From an uncultured Actinomycetes bacterium (lineage in GTDB: Bacteria; Actinomycetota; UBA4738; HRBIN12): 64,000 nucleotides of DNA. Shown here one piece after another: positions 10,148 to 20,988 of the stretch; position 1 is the stretch's first letter; the number at the start of each line of letters is the position of its first letter. A program made the position numbers and the translations under genes. The notes below the pieces were generated by a model that searched no databases, had not been told where the DNA came from, and saw nothing but the letters and a program-made list of their open reading frames with translations. The stretch spans positions 576,581-640,580 of the forward strand of contig CAVSFP010000023.1 in the NCBI GenBank assembly GCA_963727185.1, in the 5' to 3' direction.

Positions 10148-11230
10148 CTATCTGACCGACACGTGCACGCGCTGCACGAGATCGTTCGCCAGGCCGTGAT
10201 GATTCCACGGTTCCTCGAGCGCCTGCGCCCGCCCGGTCGCGTCCGTCGCGCGCACCACCAGCTCGTGCTCGCCCGCCGTCGCCATCCAGGGGAACGACCA
10301 CCGGCGCCAGGCGAACGCGCCCACCGGCTCGTCGAGGGCGGCGACCTGCCAGGTCGCTCCCCCGTCCGTGCTCACGTCCACCCGCGCGACCGCGCCGCTC
10401 CCGGACCACGCCCGGCCCTCGAGCATCACCGCAGCGGCATCGACGGTCCTCGTCCGAGCGAAGAAATCCGGGAACCCGGGCGGGATCATCAAGGCGCGCG
10501 GGAGCATGCGTTGGATCCGGACGCCCTCGTCCTCCTCGTGCTGCCTGATCTGATAGGCCCACATCTGGTAACCGACGAACGGCTCGCGCACCGCCGTGAT
10601 GCGCCGCAGCCATTTGACGTTCGTCATCCCGTACCAACCGGGGACGATCAGACGAACCGGGTACCCGTGCTGCGGTGGGAGCGGACGGCCGTCGATCGCG
10701 TACGCCAGCAGCACCTCGTCGCGGCTCGCCTCGGCGACCGTCAGGCTCCGCTCGTAGTCCTGCTCGATCCCGCCCTGCGTGCCGTGGTCGGCGCCTTCGA
10801 AGACCAGCTCGACGGCGTCGTCCTCGAGGCCCGCCTCGTCCAGCAACGGGCGCAGCGGCGTGCCCGTCCAGCTCGCGGTGCCGACGGCCTCGTACAGCCA
10901 CGGCTGGCTGAGCGGGCGCGGGTGCAGGCGGGCACGTCCGTTCCCGGCGCACTCCATCGTCACCGGGAGCGTGACGGCTGGTCGCGCCCGCAGCTCATCG
11001 ATCGACAGGCGGAGCGGCCGCCGCACCCGGCCGCCGATCTCGACGGTCCAGCTCGATCCGTCCGCGACCGGGATGTCGAAATGGATCAGCAGGTAGTGCA
11101 TCCCGGCCGGGGTCAGGTCGTACCGGAGCGCCTCGAGTGGCATCCCGTGGTTGCGCGCGGCGAGCTGGAGCTCCTCAAGGGTGAACCCGTCGTCCGCGGC
11201 GATCCCCGACGGCCGGTCGTCGTTCGGCAT
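10148..11230 (-). CDS. sulfite-oxidase-family molybdopterin oxidoreductase (no signal peptide)
   Basis: ...VTMECAGNGRARL...HGYPVRLIVPGWYGMTNVKWLRRI..., followed by a C-terminal Ig-like dimerisation domain. Confidence 0.85.
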   Translation of the reverse strand: MPNDDRPSGIAADDGFTLEELQLAARNHGMPLEALRYDLTPAGMHYLLIHFDIPVADGSSWTVEIGGRVRRPLRLSIDELRARPAVTLPVTMECAGNGRARLHPRPLSQPWLYEAVGTASWTGTPLRPLLDEAGLEDDAVELVFEGADHGTQGGIEQDYERSLTVAEASRDEVLLAYAIDGRPLPPQHGYPVRLIVPGWYGMTNVKWLRRITAVREPFVGYQMWAYQIRQHEEDEGVRIQRMLPRALMIPPGFPDFFARTRTVDAAAVMLEGRAWSGSGAVARVDVSTDGGATWQVAALDEPVGAFAWRRWSFPWMATAGEHELVVRATDATGRAQALEEPWNHHGLANDLVQRVHVSVR

Positions 11231-11273
11231 CGCTCCTATGTACGCCAGCGAGTCGCGGACGACAACCCCGCCG

Positions 11274-12302
11274 TCATCGCGCGGAGACCACGCGTCCGGC
11301 GCGCACGACCATACGGAGATCGTCGAACGCGGACGGGTCGTCGAGCGGGCTGCGCCCCAGCGCGATCAGGTCGGCAGGCGCGTCGAGGTCGAGAGGCGCT
11401 CTGACCATGGCGTGCAGGATCTCCTCGGGCTCGAGCCCGGCGTCTCGGAGCAGGAGCACCTCACGCGTGTGGATGCCGGCGGGGATGGGTCCGTTGCCCA
11501 GGTCGGTCCCGTAGATCACGGTGCCGCCGGCCGTGTGGAACCGGCGCAGGTTATCCATCGCGGTGCGGATCGCCGGCGTGTCGCGCCCGAACGAGTGGAT
11601 GTCGAGCGTGGACACGATCCGCAACCGGGCCGCGGCTGTCTCGATGACGTCGTCCGACAATCGGACCCACGGCGTGTGCGCCAGCTCGTCGACCCCGGCG
11701 CCCAACGCCCGCTCGACCTGACCGGCGCCCTGCGCATGCACGGTGACGGGCAGATCGCGCCGATGGGCCTCGTCGCAGATGGCCATGAGCTCGGCATCCG
11801 TCGGGGTGGGGCCGGCCTCGGCGTTCAGCGACACCTTGATCGCCGTCGCGCCGCGCGCCGCCATGTCGGCGACCGCCGCGGTGGCGTCATCGGGACCGTC
11901 CAGCTCGCGTGCGGTTCCCGCCGGCGCCCAGCCGGCCGTGGTCGGGTAGCCGCCGGGTCCGGTCAGCATCGACCCCGCAGCGCGGATCAGCGGCCCGTTG
12001 TACGAGGGCATCTCCGACGCGTCGGCGAGCGAGAAGATCCGTTCCGGCGGCCACGCCAGGTCGCGCACGGCGGTCACCCCTCCCCGCAATACGGCCGCGG
12101 GATCGGAGAGCTCGATGTGCACGTGGCGGTCCGCGACCGCCGGCATCACGAACCCGTCGACCATCACCTCTTCATCGGCGTGGCCGATCGTGGTGCCGCG
12201 CCCCGCGTACGTGATCCGCCCGCCGTCGCAGACGACCTGGGCGTCCTCGATGAGTCGACCCGGCCCGAGCCACGCGACCGTGGCTCGGATCGAGAGGGTC
12301 AC
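11274..12302 (-). CDS. amidohydrolase family protein
   Basis: ...[18 protein letters not shown]... metal-binding HxH motif. GTG 12302 overlaps the uvrB stop (GTGA). Confidence 0.8.
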   Translation of the reverse strand: MTLSIRATVAWLGPGRLIEDAQVVCDGGRITYAGRGTTIGHADEEVMVDGFVMPAVADRHVHIELSDPAAVLRGGVTAVRDLAWPPERIFSLADASEMPSYNGPLIRAAGSMLTGPGGYPTTAGWAPAGTARELDGPDDATAAVADMAARGATAIKVSLNAEAGPTPTDAELMAICDEAHRRDLPVTVHAQGAGQVERALGAGVDELAHTPWVRLSDDVIETAAARLRIVSTLDIHSFGRDTPAIRTAMDNLRRFHTAGGTVIYGTDLGNGPIPAGIHTREVLLLRDAGLEPEEILHAMVRAPLDLDAPADLIALGRSPLDDPSAFDDLRMVVRAGRVVSAR

Positions 12303-14314
12303 GCCACGACCCCGGCTTGCCGGAGCGCCTTCAGCTCCTTGCGGAGGTCGACGACTTCGTCGCGCAACCGGGCCGCGTATTCGAACCGCAGGTCCTTCGC
12401 CGCTTCGTGCATCTCGTCCTCGAGCGACATGATGAGGCGCTCCAGCTCCTCGGACGGCATCTCCGGATGCGCCGGACGCTTGCGGCGTTCCTTCTTCGGC
12501 GTCGCGGCGGTGGTGTCGCCGCCGAGCGACAACAGGATGTCGGAGACCCGGCGACGGATGGTCTGCGGGTCGATGTTGTTGTCGGTGTTGTACCGGAGCT
12601 GGATCTGTCGGCGGCGCTGCGTCTCGCTGATCGCCGACTTCATGGAATCGGTGATGCGATCCGCGTACATCAACACCGTGCCGTCCACGTTGCGCGCCGC
12701 ACGGCCGATCGTCTGGATCAGCGACGTCTCCGACCGGAGGAAGCCCTCCTTGTCGGCGTCCAGGATCGCGACGAGCGAGACCTCCGGCAGATCGAGTCCT
12801 TCGCGCAGCAGGTTGATGCCGACCAGGACGTCGAACTCCCCCAGCCGCAGGTCGCGCAGGATCTCGATCCGTTGCAGCGTGTCCACCTCGGAGTGCAGGT
12901 ACCGCACCCGGATCCCCATCTCGACGAGGTAGTCGGTGAGGTCCTCGGCCATCTTCTTGGTGAGCGTGGTCACCAGGATGCGCTGATCGTTCTCGGCACG
13001 CTTGCGGATCTCCTCGATCAGGTCGTCGACCTGGCCCTTCGTCGGCCTGACCTGCACCTCGGGGTCGATCAGCCCGGTGGGCCGGACGATCTGCTCGACG
13101 ATCCGCTTCGACAACCGGAGCTCGTAGTTGCCCGGCGTCGCGGACATGAACACGACCTGGTTCACGCGCTCGGTGAACTCGTCGAACCGCAGGGGTCGGT
13201 TGTCGATCGCGCTCGGCAGACGGAACCCGTGCTCGACGAGCGTCGACTTCCGCGACAGGTCGCCCTCGTACATCCCGTGGAGCTGCGGCACCGTCACGTG
13301 CGACTCGTCGATCACGACCAGGTAGTCGTCGGGGAAGTAATCGAGGAGCGTGTACGGCGCCGTGCCCGGCCCGCGGCCGTCGATGTGGCGGGAGTAGTTC
13401 TCGATGCCGCTGCAGAACCCGACCTCGCGCATCATCTCCAGGTCGTACGACGTGCGCATGCGGAGCCGCTCGGCTTCGAGCAGCTTGCCTTGATCGTTCA
13501 GCTCGGCGAGCCGCTGGTGGAGCTCTTCCTCGATCGTGCCGAGCGCGCGCTTCATCCGCTCGTCGCTCGCCACGTAGTGGGAGGCGGGGAAGATGGTCGT
13601 CTCGGTGAGCTCGCCCACGATCTCACCCGTGAGCGGGTCGAACTGCGTGACCCGCTGGACGGTGTCGCCCCACCACTCGATACGCGTCCCGATCTGCTCG
13701 TACGGCGGGAACACCTCGAGCGTGTCGCCGGTCACCCGGAACGTCCCACGGGCGCGGCTGACCTGGTTCCGTTGGTACTGGATGTCGACGAGCCGCTGCA
13801 TCGCGAACTCGAGCGGGATCTCGGTTCCTTTATAAGGACGCAGGATCTGCCCCTCGTACTCCTCGGGCGAGCCCAAGCCGTAGATGCAGGACACGCTCGC
13901 CACGATGAGCACGTCGCGCCGAGACAGCAGGGCCGCGGTCGCAGCATGCCGGAGGCGCTCGATCTCGTCGTTCACCGACGAGTCCTTCTCGATGTACGTG
14001 TCCGTCTGCGGGATGTACGCCTCGGGCTGGTAGTAGTCGTAGTAGCTGACGAAGTATTCGACCGCGTTGTCCGGGAAGACCTCCCGGAACTCGTTGGCCA
14101 GCTGGGCTCCCAGGGACTTGTTGGGCGCGATCACCAGGGTCGGACGCTGGACTGCCTCGACCACGTGCGCGATCGTGAACGTCTTGCCGGTACCGGTCGC
14201 GCCCAGGAGCGTGAGGTGCGGCTCCCCTGCTTGAACGCCCTCGGTGAGTTGGGTGATCGCCTCCGGCTGGTCTCCGGCGGGCTTGAAGTCGGCGGTGATA
14301 CGGAACGGGGGCAC
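12299..14314 (-). CDS. uvrB: excinuclease ABC subunit B
   Basis: GTG 14314: [46 protein letters not shown]..., helicase motifs and a C-terminal UVR domain ([11 protein letters not shown]). Confidence 0.97.
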   Translation of the reverse strand: MPPFRITADFKPAGDQPEAITQLTEGVQAGEPHLTLLGATGTGKTFTIAHVVEAVQRPTLVIAPNKSLGAQLANEFREVFPDNAVEYFVSYYDYYQPEAYIPQTDTYIEKDSSVNDEIERLRHAATAALLSRRDVLIVASVSCIYGLGSPEEYEGQILRPYKGTEIPLEFAMQRLVDIQYQRNQVSRARGTFRVTGDTLEVFPPYEQIGTRIEWWGDTVQRVTQFDPLTGEIVGELTETTIFPASHYVASDERMKRALGTIEEELHQRLAELNDQGKLLEAERLRMRTSYDLEMMREVGFCSGIENYSRHIDGRGPGTAPYTLLDYFPDDYLVVIDESHVTVPQLHGMYEGDLSRKSTLVEHGFRLPSAIDNRPLRFDEFTERVNQVVFMSATPGNYELRLSKRIVEQIVRPTGLIDPEVQVRPTKGQVDDLIEEIRKRAENDQRILVTTLTKKMAEDLTDYLVEMGIRVRYLHSEVDTLQRIEILRDLRLGEFDVLVGINLLREGLDLPEVSLVAILDADKEGFLRSETSLIQTIGRAARNVDGTVLMYADRITDSMKSAISETQRRRQIQLRYNTDNNIDPQTIRRRVSDILLSLGGDTTAATPKKERRKRPAHPEMPSEELERLIMSLEDEMHEAAKDLRFEYAARLRDEVVDLRKELKALRQAGVVA

Positions 14315-14320
14315 CGAGCG

Positions 14321-14342
14321 ATTGTAGGTCCCCCCGCCGACA
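14321..14342 (-). promoter_or_regulatory. candidate damage-type promoter TGTCGGCG-N8-TACAAT, 6 nt upstream of the uvrB GTG (leaderless)
   Basis: Minus-strand read: TGCG TGTCGGCG GGGGGACC TACAAT CGCTCG GTG(14314). This is 7 of 8 matches to TGTCRGTG with the described N8 spacing to TAnnnT. Confidence 0.55.
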
Positions 14343-14359
14343 CGCAGGGACCGTGGGAG

Positions 14360-15544
14360 TTAGGGGCCGCAACGCTCCAGCGAGAGCGGCACCACCGGGC
14401 CGGTGCCGCCGCCGCTGAACCGATCGCCGACCGCCAGCATCCGGCCGGTCGCCGCCGAGATCCCCCAGAGGTGGTTATCGCTCGGGCCCTTGTTCGCGCT
14501 CTCCACGACCGTCCAGCCCGTGCCGTCCCAATGCTCGACCAAGGTGCGGCCGGCGTTGACCTGGCGATCGACGCTGCCTCCCGCCGCCCAGACGTCGTCG
14601 GTGGCGATCGCGACCACGCTCGCCAGGTCCGCGTTCCCTCCAGGTGTCGGGCTCATGACGACCGACCATGCCGTGCCGTCCCAATGCATGGTGAGCGTGT
14701 GCAGCCCTCGCACACCCACGGCCCACACGTCGTCGGGAGCGACGGCGGCCACGGACACGAGGTCGTTCGACGCCTTCGCGGGGCCGGCGTTCGGGCTCTT
14801 CACCCGGTGCCACGCCGTGCCGTCCCAATGCAGAGTCAGCGTCCGGTCGTCGAACGCCTTCGTGAACCAGGTGCCGACGGCCCAAACGTCATCGGGCGCC
14901 ACGGCGGCGACTGCGGACAGCGAGTTGGGGAACGGCCCCTTGTTCGGGCTCGGCACGATCGACCATGCCGTGCCGTCCCAGTGTTCGATCAGCGTGAGGC
15001 TCGGGCCACCGTTCGCGTACGCGCCGACGGCCCAGACGTCATCGGCCGCGATCGCAGCGACGCCGCTGAGCTCTCCGTTCGCAGGATGACCGGCGTTGGC
15101 GGACGTCACGCGCGTCCAGGCCATGCCGTCCCAGCGCTCCACGAACGTCCTCGCGAGGTTGTTCGCCCCGAACCCGTAGCCGACGGCCCACGCGTCGGTC
15201 GTCGTGTGCGCATCGACCCCCGACAGGAGGCTCTGGGTCATGGTGGGGTCTTCCTCGGCCGACCAGACGGCCCACGCCGCGCCGTCGTGGTGCTCGATCA
15301 GCGGATGCGTGTCCTGGTCAGTCGGGTCGAACCGATGGCCCACCGCCCACGCGTCGGTCGATGACGTGGCGGCCGCGCCGGCGAGACCGCCGGAGCCCGA
15401 GATCGCGGGCATCGGTGCGGCCGTCCATGCGGGTCCGCACGCCGGAGCGACGGAGGCACGTCCCACCGCCCCTGACGCGCCGACACCGAGGATGAGCACC
15501 GATGCCGAGATGATCGAGAGCCATGTCGCTACCCGACGACCCAT
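14360..15544 (-). CDS. secreted beta-propeller-like repeat protein
   Basis: ATG 15544 follows GAGGGGAG. MGRRVATWLSIISASVLILGVGASGAVG is a signal peptide. At least six repeats of DDVWAVG...L(I/M)EHWDGTAW..V.SPN. Confidence 0.8.
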   Translation of the reverse strand: MGRRVATWLSIISASVLILGVGASGAVGRASVAPACGPAWTAAPMPAISGSGGLAGAAATSSTDAWAVGHRFDPTDQDTHPLIEHHDGAAWAVWSAEEDPTMTQSLLSGVDAHTTTDAWAVGYGFGANNLARTFVERWDGMAWTRVTSANAGHPANGELSGVAAIAADDVWAVGAYANGGPSLTLIEHWDGTAWSIVPSPNKGPFPNSLSAVAAVAPDDVWAVGTWFTKAFDDRTLTLHWDGTAWHRVKSPNAGPAKASNDLVSVAAVAPDDVWAVGVRGLHTLTMHWDGTAWSVVMSPTPGGNADLASVVAIATDDVWAAGGSVDRQVNAGRTLVEHWDGTGWTVVESANKGPSDNHLWGISAATGRMLAVGDRFSGGGTGPVVPLSLERCGP

Positions 15545-15561
15545 GACCCTGCTCCCCTCGC

Positions 15562-16308
15562 TCAAAGACGGCCCGCGGCGATGATGCGCTGCAGGAATTG
15601 CTTCGTCCGCTCCTCCCGCGGCGCGCTGAAGATCTGCGCGGGCGGACCCTCCTCCAGGATGACCCCTTCGTCCAGGAAACACACACGGCTCGCGCTGTCC
15701 TTCGCGAACCCCATCTCGTGGGTCGCGATCAGCATGGTCATCCCGCCCGCCGCCAGCTCACGGATCACGTCGAGCACCTCGGCGACCAGCTCGGGGTCGA
15801 GCGCGCTCGTTACCTCGTCCAACAGCATGATGTCGGGCTGCATGGCGAGCGCGCGGACGATCGCCACACGCTGTTGCTGCCCGCCCGAGAGACGATCCGG
15901 GTACTCGTCCGCCTTGTCCGCCAACCCGAACCGGTCGAGCAGCTGTCGTGCGCGCTCGTCAGCTTCGTCCGCGGAGAGCCGGAGCACCTTCCTGGGCGCC
16001 AGCGTCACGTTCCGCACCACAGTCATGTGCGGGAACAGGTTGAACGACTGGAAGACGATGCCGATCTGGCGCCGGACCGCGTTCGTGTCGACACCCGCCG
16101 CCGTGATGTCGACACCGTGCACCACGATCCGGCCCCCGTCGAGCGGCTCCAGCAGATTGATGCACCGCAGGAGCGTCGACTTCCCGGAGCCTGAGGCGCC
16201 GATCAGACAGATCACGTCGTGATCGGCGACTTCGAGGTGGACCCCGCGCAACACCTCGAGCTCGCCGAACCGCTTGTGGACGCCGTCGATCCTGATGGCC
16301 TCGCTCAT
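15562..16308 (-). CDS. polar amino-acid ABC transporter ATP-binding protein
   Basis: [27 protein letters not shown]...[15 protein letters not shown]...[16 protein letters not shown]. The ATG overlaps the permease stop (ATGA). Confidence 0.92.
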   Translation of the reverse strand: MSEAIRIDGVHKRFGELEVLRGVHLEVADHDVICLIGASGSGKSTLLRCINLLEPLDGGRIVVHGVDITAAGVDTNAVRRQIGIVFQSFNLFPHMTVVRNVTLAPRKVLRLSADEADERARQLLDRFGLADKADEYPDRLSGGQQQRVAIVRALAMQPDIMLLDEVTSALDPELVAEVLDVIRELAAGGMTMLIATHEMGFAKDSASRVCFLDEGVILEEGPPAQIFSAPREERTKQFLQRIIAAGRL

Positions 16309-17210
16309 ACCATCGCCCCCGCTTGCCGCTTCTCGCGCTGACGGGCGACCACCCAGTCCGTGAAGCGCGTCAACGGGATCGTGATCACCAGGAAGCACAG
16401 CGCGACGCCCACGATCGGCGTGAAGTTGAAGTCGGCGGCCTGATAGATCTGTCCTTGCAAGAAGGCCTCGGGATAGGCGCCCGCGACGATGGCGATCAAG
16501 GCGGTGTCCTTCTGGAGGGCGATGAAGTCGTTCAACAGTGGCGGTATCACCCGGCGGATCGCCTGCGGGACGATGACGAACCGGAGCGTCTGGACACGGC
16601 TGAGGCCGAGCGACCGGGCCGCCGCCGTCTGGCTCGGATGCACCGACTCGATCCCGGCTCGGTAGACCTCGGCGACGTACGCCGAGTAACTCAGGATCAA
16701 CCCCACCATGCCCCAGAAGATCGGGGAGTTCGGCACGCCGGGGAGCTGCAGCGACGGGACCCCGAAGCCCAAGAGGTAGATCACCAGGATCGTCGGGATC
16801 CCGCGGAACACGTCGACGTAGACGGTGGCCATCGCCCGGATCGGGAAGAACACCGGTCCTCGGAGCGATCGCATCACGGCCAGCAACAGCGCCAGCACCA
16901 GGATGATGGGCTCGGCGATCAGGAAGTACGCGATGTTCCGCAGGAACGCGCGTGCGATGTCCGGGAACGAGTGACGGAACTCCTCGCCATCCAAGAACGC
17001 CTGCTTCAACGTCGGCCAGTTCGGGGAGCGCAGGATGAAGAAGACGATCAGCGAGACGACGACGAGCGTGCTGACCGTGGCGATCGCGACGCCGCGGCTA
17101 CCTTCGGCTCGTCCGGCGCCGAGGATCTTCGACGCACGGCCCTCGGGGTCGAGCCGCGGATCGCCGGGCTGGAAGTCGGCGAGCCCCGGCCCCCCGCCCG
17201 CCCCCGACAT
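16305..17210 (-). CDS. polar amino-acid ABC transporter permease
   Basis: ...[19 protein letters not shown]...[24 protein letters not shown] (EAA loop). Confidence 0.9.
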   Translation of the reverse strand: MSGAGGGPGLADFQPGDPRLDPEGRASKILGAGRAEGSRGVAIATVSTLVVVSLIVFFILRSPNWPTLKQAFLDGEEFRHSFPDIARAFLRNIAYFLIAEPIILVLALLLAVMRSLRGPVFFPIRAMATVYVDVFRGIPTILVIYLLGFGVPSLQLPGVPNSPIFWGMVGLILSYSAYVAEVYRAGIESVHPSQTAAARSLGLSRVQTLRFVIVPQAIRRVIPPLLNDFIALQKDTALIAIVAGAYPEAFLQGQIYQAADFNFTPIVGVALCFLVITIPLTRFTDWVVARQREKRQAGAMV

Positions 17211-17222
17211 GTGTCCTCTCAG

Positions 17223-18164
17223 CTACGGCGTGAAGACGGGGACCGTTCCCACGTTCGTCTTCTCGGAGAGCCACTTGGTCGTGATCGCCTGGAGCTGACC
17301 GTCCGCCTTGAGCTCGGCGAGCGCCATGTTCACGCATGCCGTGAGCGGGCTGCCCTTCTGCAGGGCGATGGATACGTGGTCGGTCTTCCCCCCCGCCTGC
17401 GGCGAGAACTGCCCCACGACCGTGCTGTTCTTGACCTCCTGCACGTACGGGTCGGCCATGTAGAGCGCCGTCGGGAGATCGACGATCAGCCCATCGACCT
17501 GGCCGGCGTTCACGGCGGCGACGGCGAGCGACAGCGTTTGATAGGCAGCCGGCTTCGCGCCGATCACGTCCGTGATGAACGAATAGCTCGTGGTCCCGAT
17601 CGGCGCGGCGAGCGTGTAGCTCTTCAGGTCGGCGGTGGACGTCGCACTCGTGATCGGCGTGCCCTTCTGGGCGACGAGCGCCTGGTTCACGTCCCAGTAG
17701 CTGTCGGACAGGTCCACCGCCTCGGCGCGCTTCGCCGAGTACGAGATCTGCTCGATCGCGAAATCCCATTGCTTCGTGCCGGGTGCGTACGTCGTGGTGA
17801 AGGGGGCAACGACCCACGTCACCTGATCGGGGCCGAACCCGAGCTTGTCGGCGACCGCGTACGTGACGGCGCTCTCGAACCCCTTGCCGGTGCTCGGGTC
17901 GTTGAGCTTCCACTGCGAGCCGTTCGTGGTGCCGCCCTCGAAGTACGGCGGGTAGGCGGGGTTGTCGGTGCCGACCGTCAGGGTGCCCGGCGTGGTGAGC
18001 GTGACGCTCTGCGCGCAATCGGCGGCGGTCTGGGCGGCCGTCGGCGACGACGTCGCGCCGGTCGGCCCGGACGAACCAGTCGCGCCGGCGCCCGTGTCGT
18101 TGTTTGAGCCGCACGCCGCCGCGATGAACCCCATCGCGACGAGCCCGATCAGGAACTTCCGCAT
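17223..18164 (-). CDS. amino-acid ABC transporter substrate-binding lipoprotein (family 3)
   Basis: MRKFLIGLVAMGFIAAACGS lipobox. ATG 18164 sits 7 nt after GAGGGGG. TTG 18170 is the track start. Confidence 0.88.
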   Translation of the reverse strand: MRKFLIGLVAMGFIAAACGSNNDTGAGATGSSGPTGATSSPTAAQTAADCAQSVTLTTPGTLTVGTDNPAYPPYFEGGTTNGSQWKLNDPSTGKGFESAVTYAVADKLGFGPDQVTWVVAPFTTTYAPGTKQWDFAIEQISYSAKRAEAVDLSDSYWDVNQALVAQKGTPITSATSTADLKSYTLAAPIGTTSYSFITDVIGAKPAAYQTLSLAVAAVNAGQVDGLIVDLPTALYMADPYVQEVKNSTVVGQFSPQAGGKTDHVSIALQKGSPLTACVNMALAELKADGQLQAITTKWLSEKTNVGTVPVFTP

Positions 18165-18244
18165 CGCCAAACCCCCTCGGTCACCTGCAGAGATGACGGA
18201 CCGCAGACGTCCCCGGCCCGAGCGCGGAGCCTAGCACAGCCCTT

Positions 18245-19051
18245 TCACTTGCGAGGTTCCCAGCTGAAGTAGCGGGCCGCGAGCACGAGCCCGGCGACAC
18301 CCCAGAGCGCGATCACGAGCAGATCGCTCCACTGGAAGACGAACGCGCGCTGCAACCCCACGGGCGTCTGCACCAAGACCTTGCTGAGGTAGGCGGAACG
18401 CATCGCGTCCGCGAAGTGCTTCACCGGGAAGACGTTCCCGATGAACACGATCCACTGCGGGGTCCGGTCGTCGAGCGGGAAGAAGATCCCGGACAGGAAC
18501 AGCAGCGGCAGGATCGCCGCGTTCACGATCGGTGGGGCCGCGTCGGCGTTCGGGATCGCCCCGGTGAGCGCGAGCGCGAGGGCGGCGAACGACAACGCGC
18601 CCACCAGGAACGTCACGACGAACTCCAGGAGCGCGGTCCCCATCGGGAAGGTCCCGTTGTAGAAGGCCCACCCGAACACCAGCGTGACGACGACCAGGAT
18701 CGCGCCGACGATCATCGAGTGGATCACGCGGCCCGACAGGTACGACCACCCGGGGAGCGGCGTTCCTCGTGTCCGCTTGAGGATCCCCGCGTCGCGGTTG
18801 AAGCACACGCTGATCGCGATGTTGGTGAAGCAGGCTGAGATGACCCCGAACGTCGCCATCGCGACGACGTAGTACGTGGTCTGCCTGAGGTCCGTCCCCT
18901 TGATGCGGACGTCGCCCCCGCCCAGCAGCGCGGTGAAGATCACCAGGAACATCAGCGGGAACGCGAACGTGAAGAACGCCGACGCCGGGTTTCGCCAGAA
19001 CGACTTGTTCGTGAACCGGACCTGCCGGAGCGTCAGGCCGGCCGCGCTCAT
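18245..19051 (-). CDS. ABC-2 type exporter permease
   Basis: Six hydrophobic segments, ...FTNKSFWRNPASAFFTFAFPLMFLVIF... ATGA overlap with the upstream ATPase. Confidence 0.85.
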   Translation of the reverse strand: MSAAGLTLRQVRFTNKSFWRNPASAFFTFAFPLMFLVIFTALLGGGDVRIKGTDLRQTTYYVVAMATFGVISACFTNIAISVCFNRDAGILKRTRGTPLPGWSYLSGRVIHSMIVGAILVVVTLVFGWAFYNGTFPMGTALLEFVVTFLVGALSFAALALALTGAIPNADAAPPIVNAAILPLLFLSGIFFPLDDRTPQWIVFIGNVFPVKHFADAMRSAYLSKVLVQTPVGLQRAFVFQWSDLLVIALWGVAGLVLAARYFSWEPRK

Positions 19052-19965
19052 TCCGTCCCCCGCTCTCCGCCGGTGAGCTTGAGGTAGACGTCCTCCAACG
19101 TGGGTTGTGTGACCTCCACGCGCTCGAACCGCGTGCCGTGATCGAGCGCCCAGGTCGTCAGCTCGTGCAGCGCTTTCGTTGGATCGTCCACATGAACCTC
19201 GAACGTCCCGTCGGTCGTGGCGACCTGGCCCATCGGCGGCCCTCCATCGACCTCACCGGCGAGGCGGAACCGGATCACCGTCTGCATCGTGTCGCGGCCC
19301 CCCAGGGTCGAAGGTGGACCCTCGGCGACGATCTCCCCGTGCGAGATCACGGCGACCCGCCCGGCGAGGAACTGAGCCTCGTCCATGAAGTGCGTGGTGA
19401 GGAACACGGTCTTCCCCAGGGCGGTCAGGCCCTTGACCATGTCCCACGCGTGGCGACGGGCGCTCGGATCGAAGCCGGTGGTCGGCTCGTCGAGGAACAG
19501 GAGCTCGGGGTCTCCCGCCAGACCGATGGCCACGTCGAGCCGGCGTTGTTGGCCCCCCGAAAGTTTGTCCACTCGCGCGTCCCGCTTCTCTTCGAGTCCC
19601 ACCACGTGGATCACCTCGTCGATATCACGTGGCTTCGGGTAGTAGCCCGCGTAGAGCTCCACGGTTTCGCGGACGGTGAGGTACGGATCGACCCCGGTCG
19701 ACTGCAGGACGATCCCGATCCGCCGCTTGAGGTCGAGCTCCCGCTTCGCCGGGTCATGACCGAGGACGTCCACGTCCCCGGCGGTCCGTTCCCGGAAGCC
19801 CTCGAGGATCTCAGCGGTCGTCGTCTTTCCCGCGCCGTTCGGTCCGAGGAGCGCGAAGACCTCGCCACGATCGACGTGGAGATCGATCCCGGCCACCGCC
19901 TCGAGATCCCCATAGGACTTGCGCAGCCCCTTGACGTCGATCACCCGGTCGCTCACGTCGCCCAC
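19048..19965 (-). CDS. ABC exporter ATP-binding protein (DrrA-like)
   Basis: ...LLGPNGAGKTTTAEIL...LSGGQQRRLDVAIGLAGDPELLFLDEPTTG. TAGGGT at 19964-19969 plus 7 nt suggests a leaderless start at GTG 19956. Confidence 0.9.
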   Translation of the reverse strand: MGDVSDRVIDVKGLRKSYGDLEAVAGIDLHVDRGEVFALLGPNGAGKTTTAEILEGFRERTAGDVDVLGHDPAKRELDLKRRIGIVLQSTGVDPYLTVRETVELYAGYYPKPRDIDEVIHVVGLEEKRDARVDKLSGGQQRRLDVAIGLAGDPELLFLDEPTTGFDPSARRHAWDMVKGLTALGKTVFLTTHFMDEAQFLAGRVAVISHGEIVAEGPPSTLGGRDTMQTVIRFRLAGEVDGGPPMGQVATTDGTFEVHVDDPTKALHELTTWALDHGTRFERVEVTQPTLEDVYLKLTGGERGTE

Positions 19966-19983
19966 CCTATGAGCGGCCGGGTG

Positions 19984-20988
19984 CTACGACAAGCGCGCGT
20001 CGTCCGTCGGGAAGCCGAGCCGCTTATCGACGACGTTGCGCAACGTCGCACCGCGCAGGTACCGGCGAACGTTGTCGTAGAACACCTCGGCGAAATCCGC
20101 CTCCCATCCCTCCACGTCGCCCGACATGTGCGGACACATGATGACGTTTTCCATATCCCAGAGCGGACTGTCGGCGGGCAGCGGCTCCTCTTCGAAGACG
20201 TCGAGCGCCGCACCGGCGATCCCGCCGGATGCCAGCGCGTCGACCAGCGCGGCCTCGACCACCGTCGCACCCCGGCCGACGTTCACGAACCGCGCCGTCG
20301 TCTTCATGGCGGCGAACGCCGCCGCGTCGAACACGTGGCGCGTCTGCGGCGTCAACGGCATGGTGTCGATCACGTAGTCGGCGTCGGCGAGCGCCGCATG
20401 CAGCTCGCCGCCACCCCGGATGACCTCGAACAGGTCGTCTCCGGCCCGCCCGGCGCGCCCCACCGCCTCGACCTGCATCCCGAGCCCGTCGCGGAGCGCG
20501 CGAGCGATCGCCCGGCCGATCGGACCGGGACCCACGATGAGGACGCGGCGCCCCGCCAGCCGTTCCATCTGGTGGAGCTCCCAGCTGTGAGCGCGCTGCC
20601 GGTCGAACATCGGACGGAACCCCTTCGCCATCGCGACCACGAACCCGACCACGGTCTCGGCGATCGGCCCGTCCGCGGCGCCGCGCGCGTTCGTCAAGGG
20701 CACGTCGCTCTCGACGAGCGCGGGGAACAGCAGCCGGTTGATCCCGACGTTCGACGCCGCTACCCACTTCACGTTGCTCCCCCGGGGCCAGACTGCCTCG
20801 AGGTCCTCGCGCTCGCCCCACCAGGTGTAGACGATCTCGGCGTCGCCGATCTCCCGCTCCAGCGACGCACGGTCGGGCGCGTACCGCAGCTCGACGTCGC
20901 CGGCGATCGCGTCGATGCCGGGAGGCGGTTCCTCGGCTGTCGTCCCCATGACGACCACCACCGGTTTCGCTCGCGTCCCCTCGCTCAC
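19984..20988 (-). CDS. D-isomer-specific 2-hydroxyacid dehydrogenase family protein
   Basis: ...[18 protein letters not shown] (NAD fold)...FVNVGRG...CPHMSG. GTG 20988 overlaps the DUF2203 stop (GTGA). Confidence 0.85.
   Translation of the reverse strand: MSEGTRAKPVVVVMGTTAEEPPPGIDAIAGDVELRYAPDRASLEREIGDAEIVYTWWGEREDLEAVWPRGSNVKWVAASNVGINRLLFPALVESDVPLTNARGAADGPIAETVVGFVVAMAKGFRPMFDRQRAHSWELHQMERLAGRRVLIVGPGPIGRAIARALRDGLGMQVEAVGRAGRAGDDLFEVIRGGGELHAALADADYVIDTMPLTPQTRHVFDAAAFAAMKTTARFVNVGRGATVVEAALVDALASGGIAGAALDVFEEEPLPADSPLWDMENVIMCPHMSGDVEGWEADFAEVFYDNVRRYLRGATLRNVVDKRLGFPTDDARLS

Noticed and set aside
12317-15364. 1015-aa plus-strand ORF, one of many very long ORFs in the track (also 124..1245, 1929..3179, 19105..21018, 22171..24384, 25033..26580, 47050..49128, 58836..60737).
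   Set aside because: They lie antisense or out of frame to clearly conserved genes (uvrB, uvrC, uvrA, rpsA, polA, dnaE, ftsQ/murB). Their products are Arg/Pro/Gly/Asp-rich low-complexity strings, typical of stop-poor alternative frames in GC-rich DNA.
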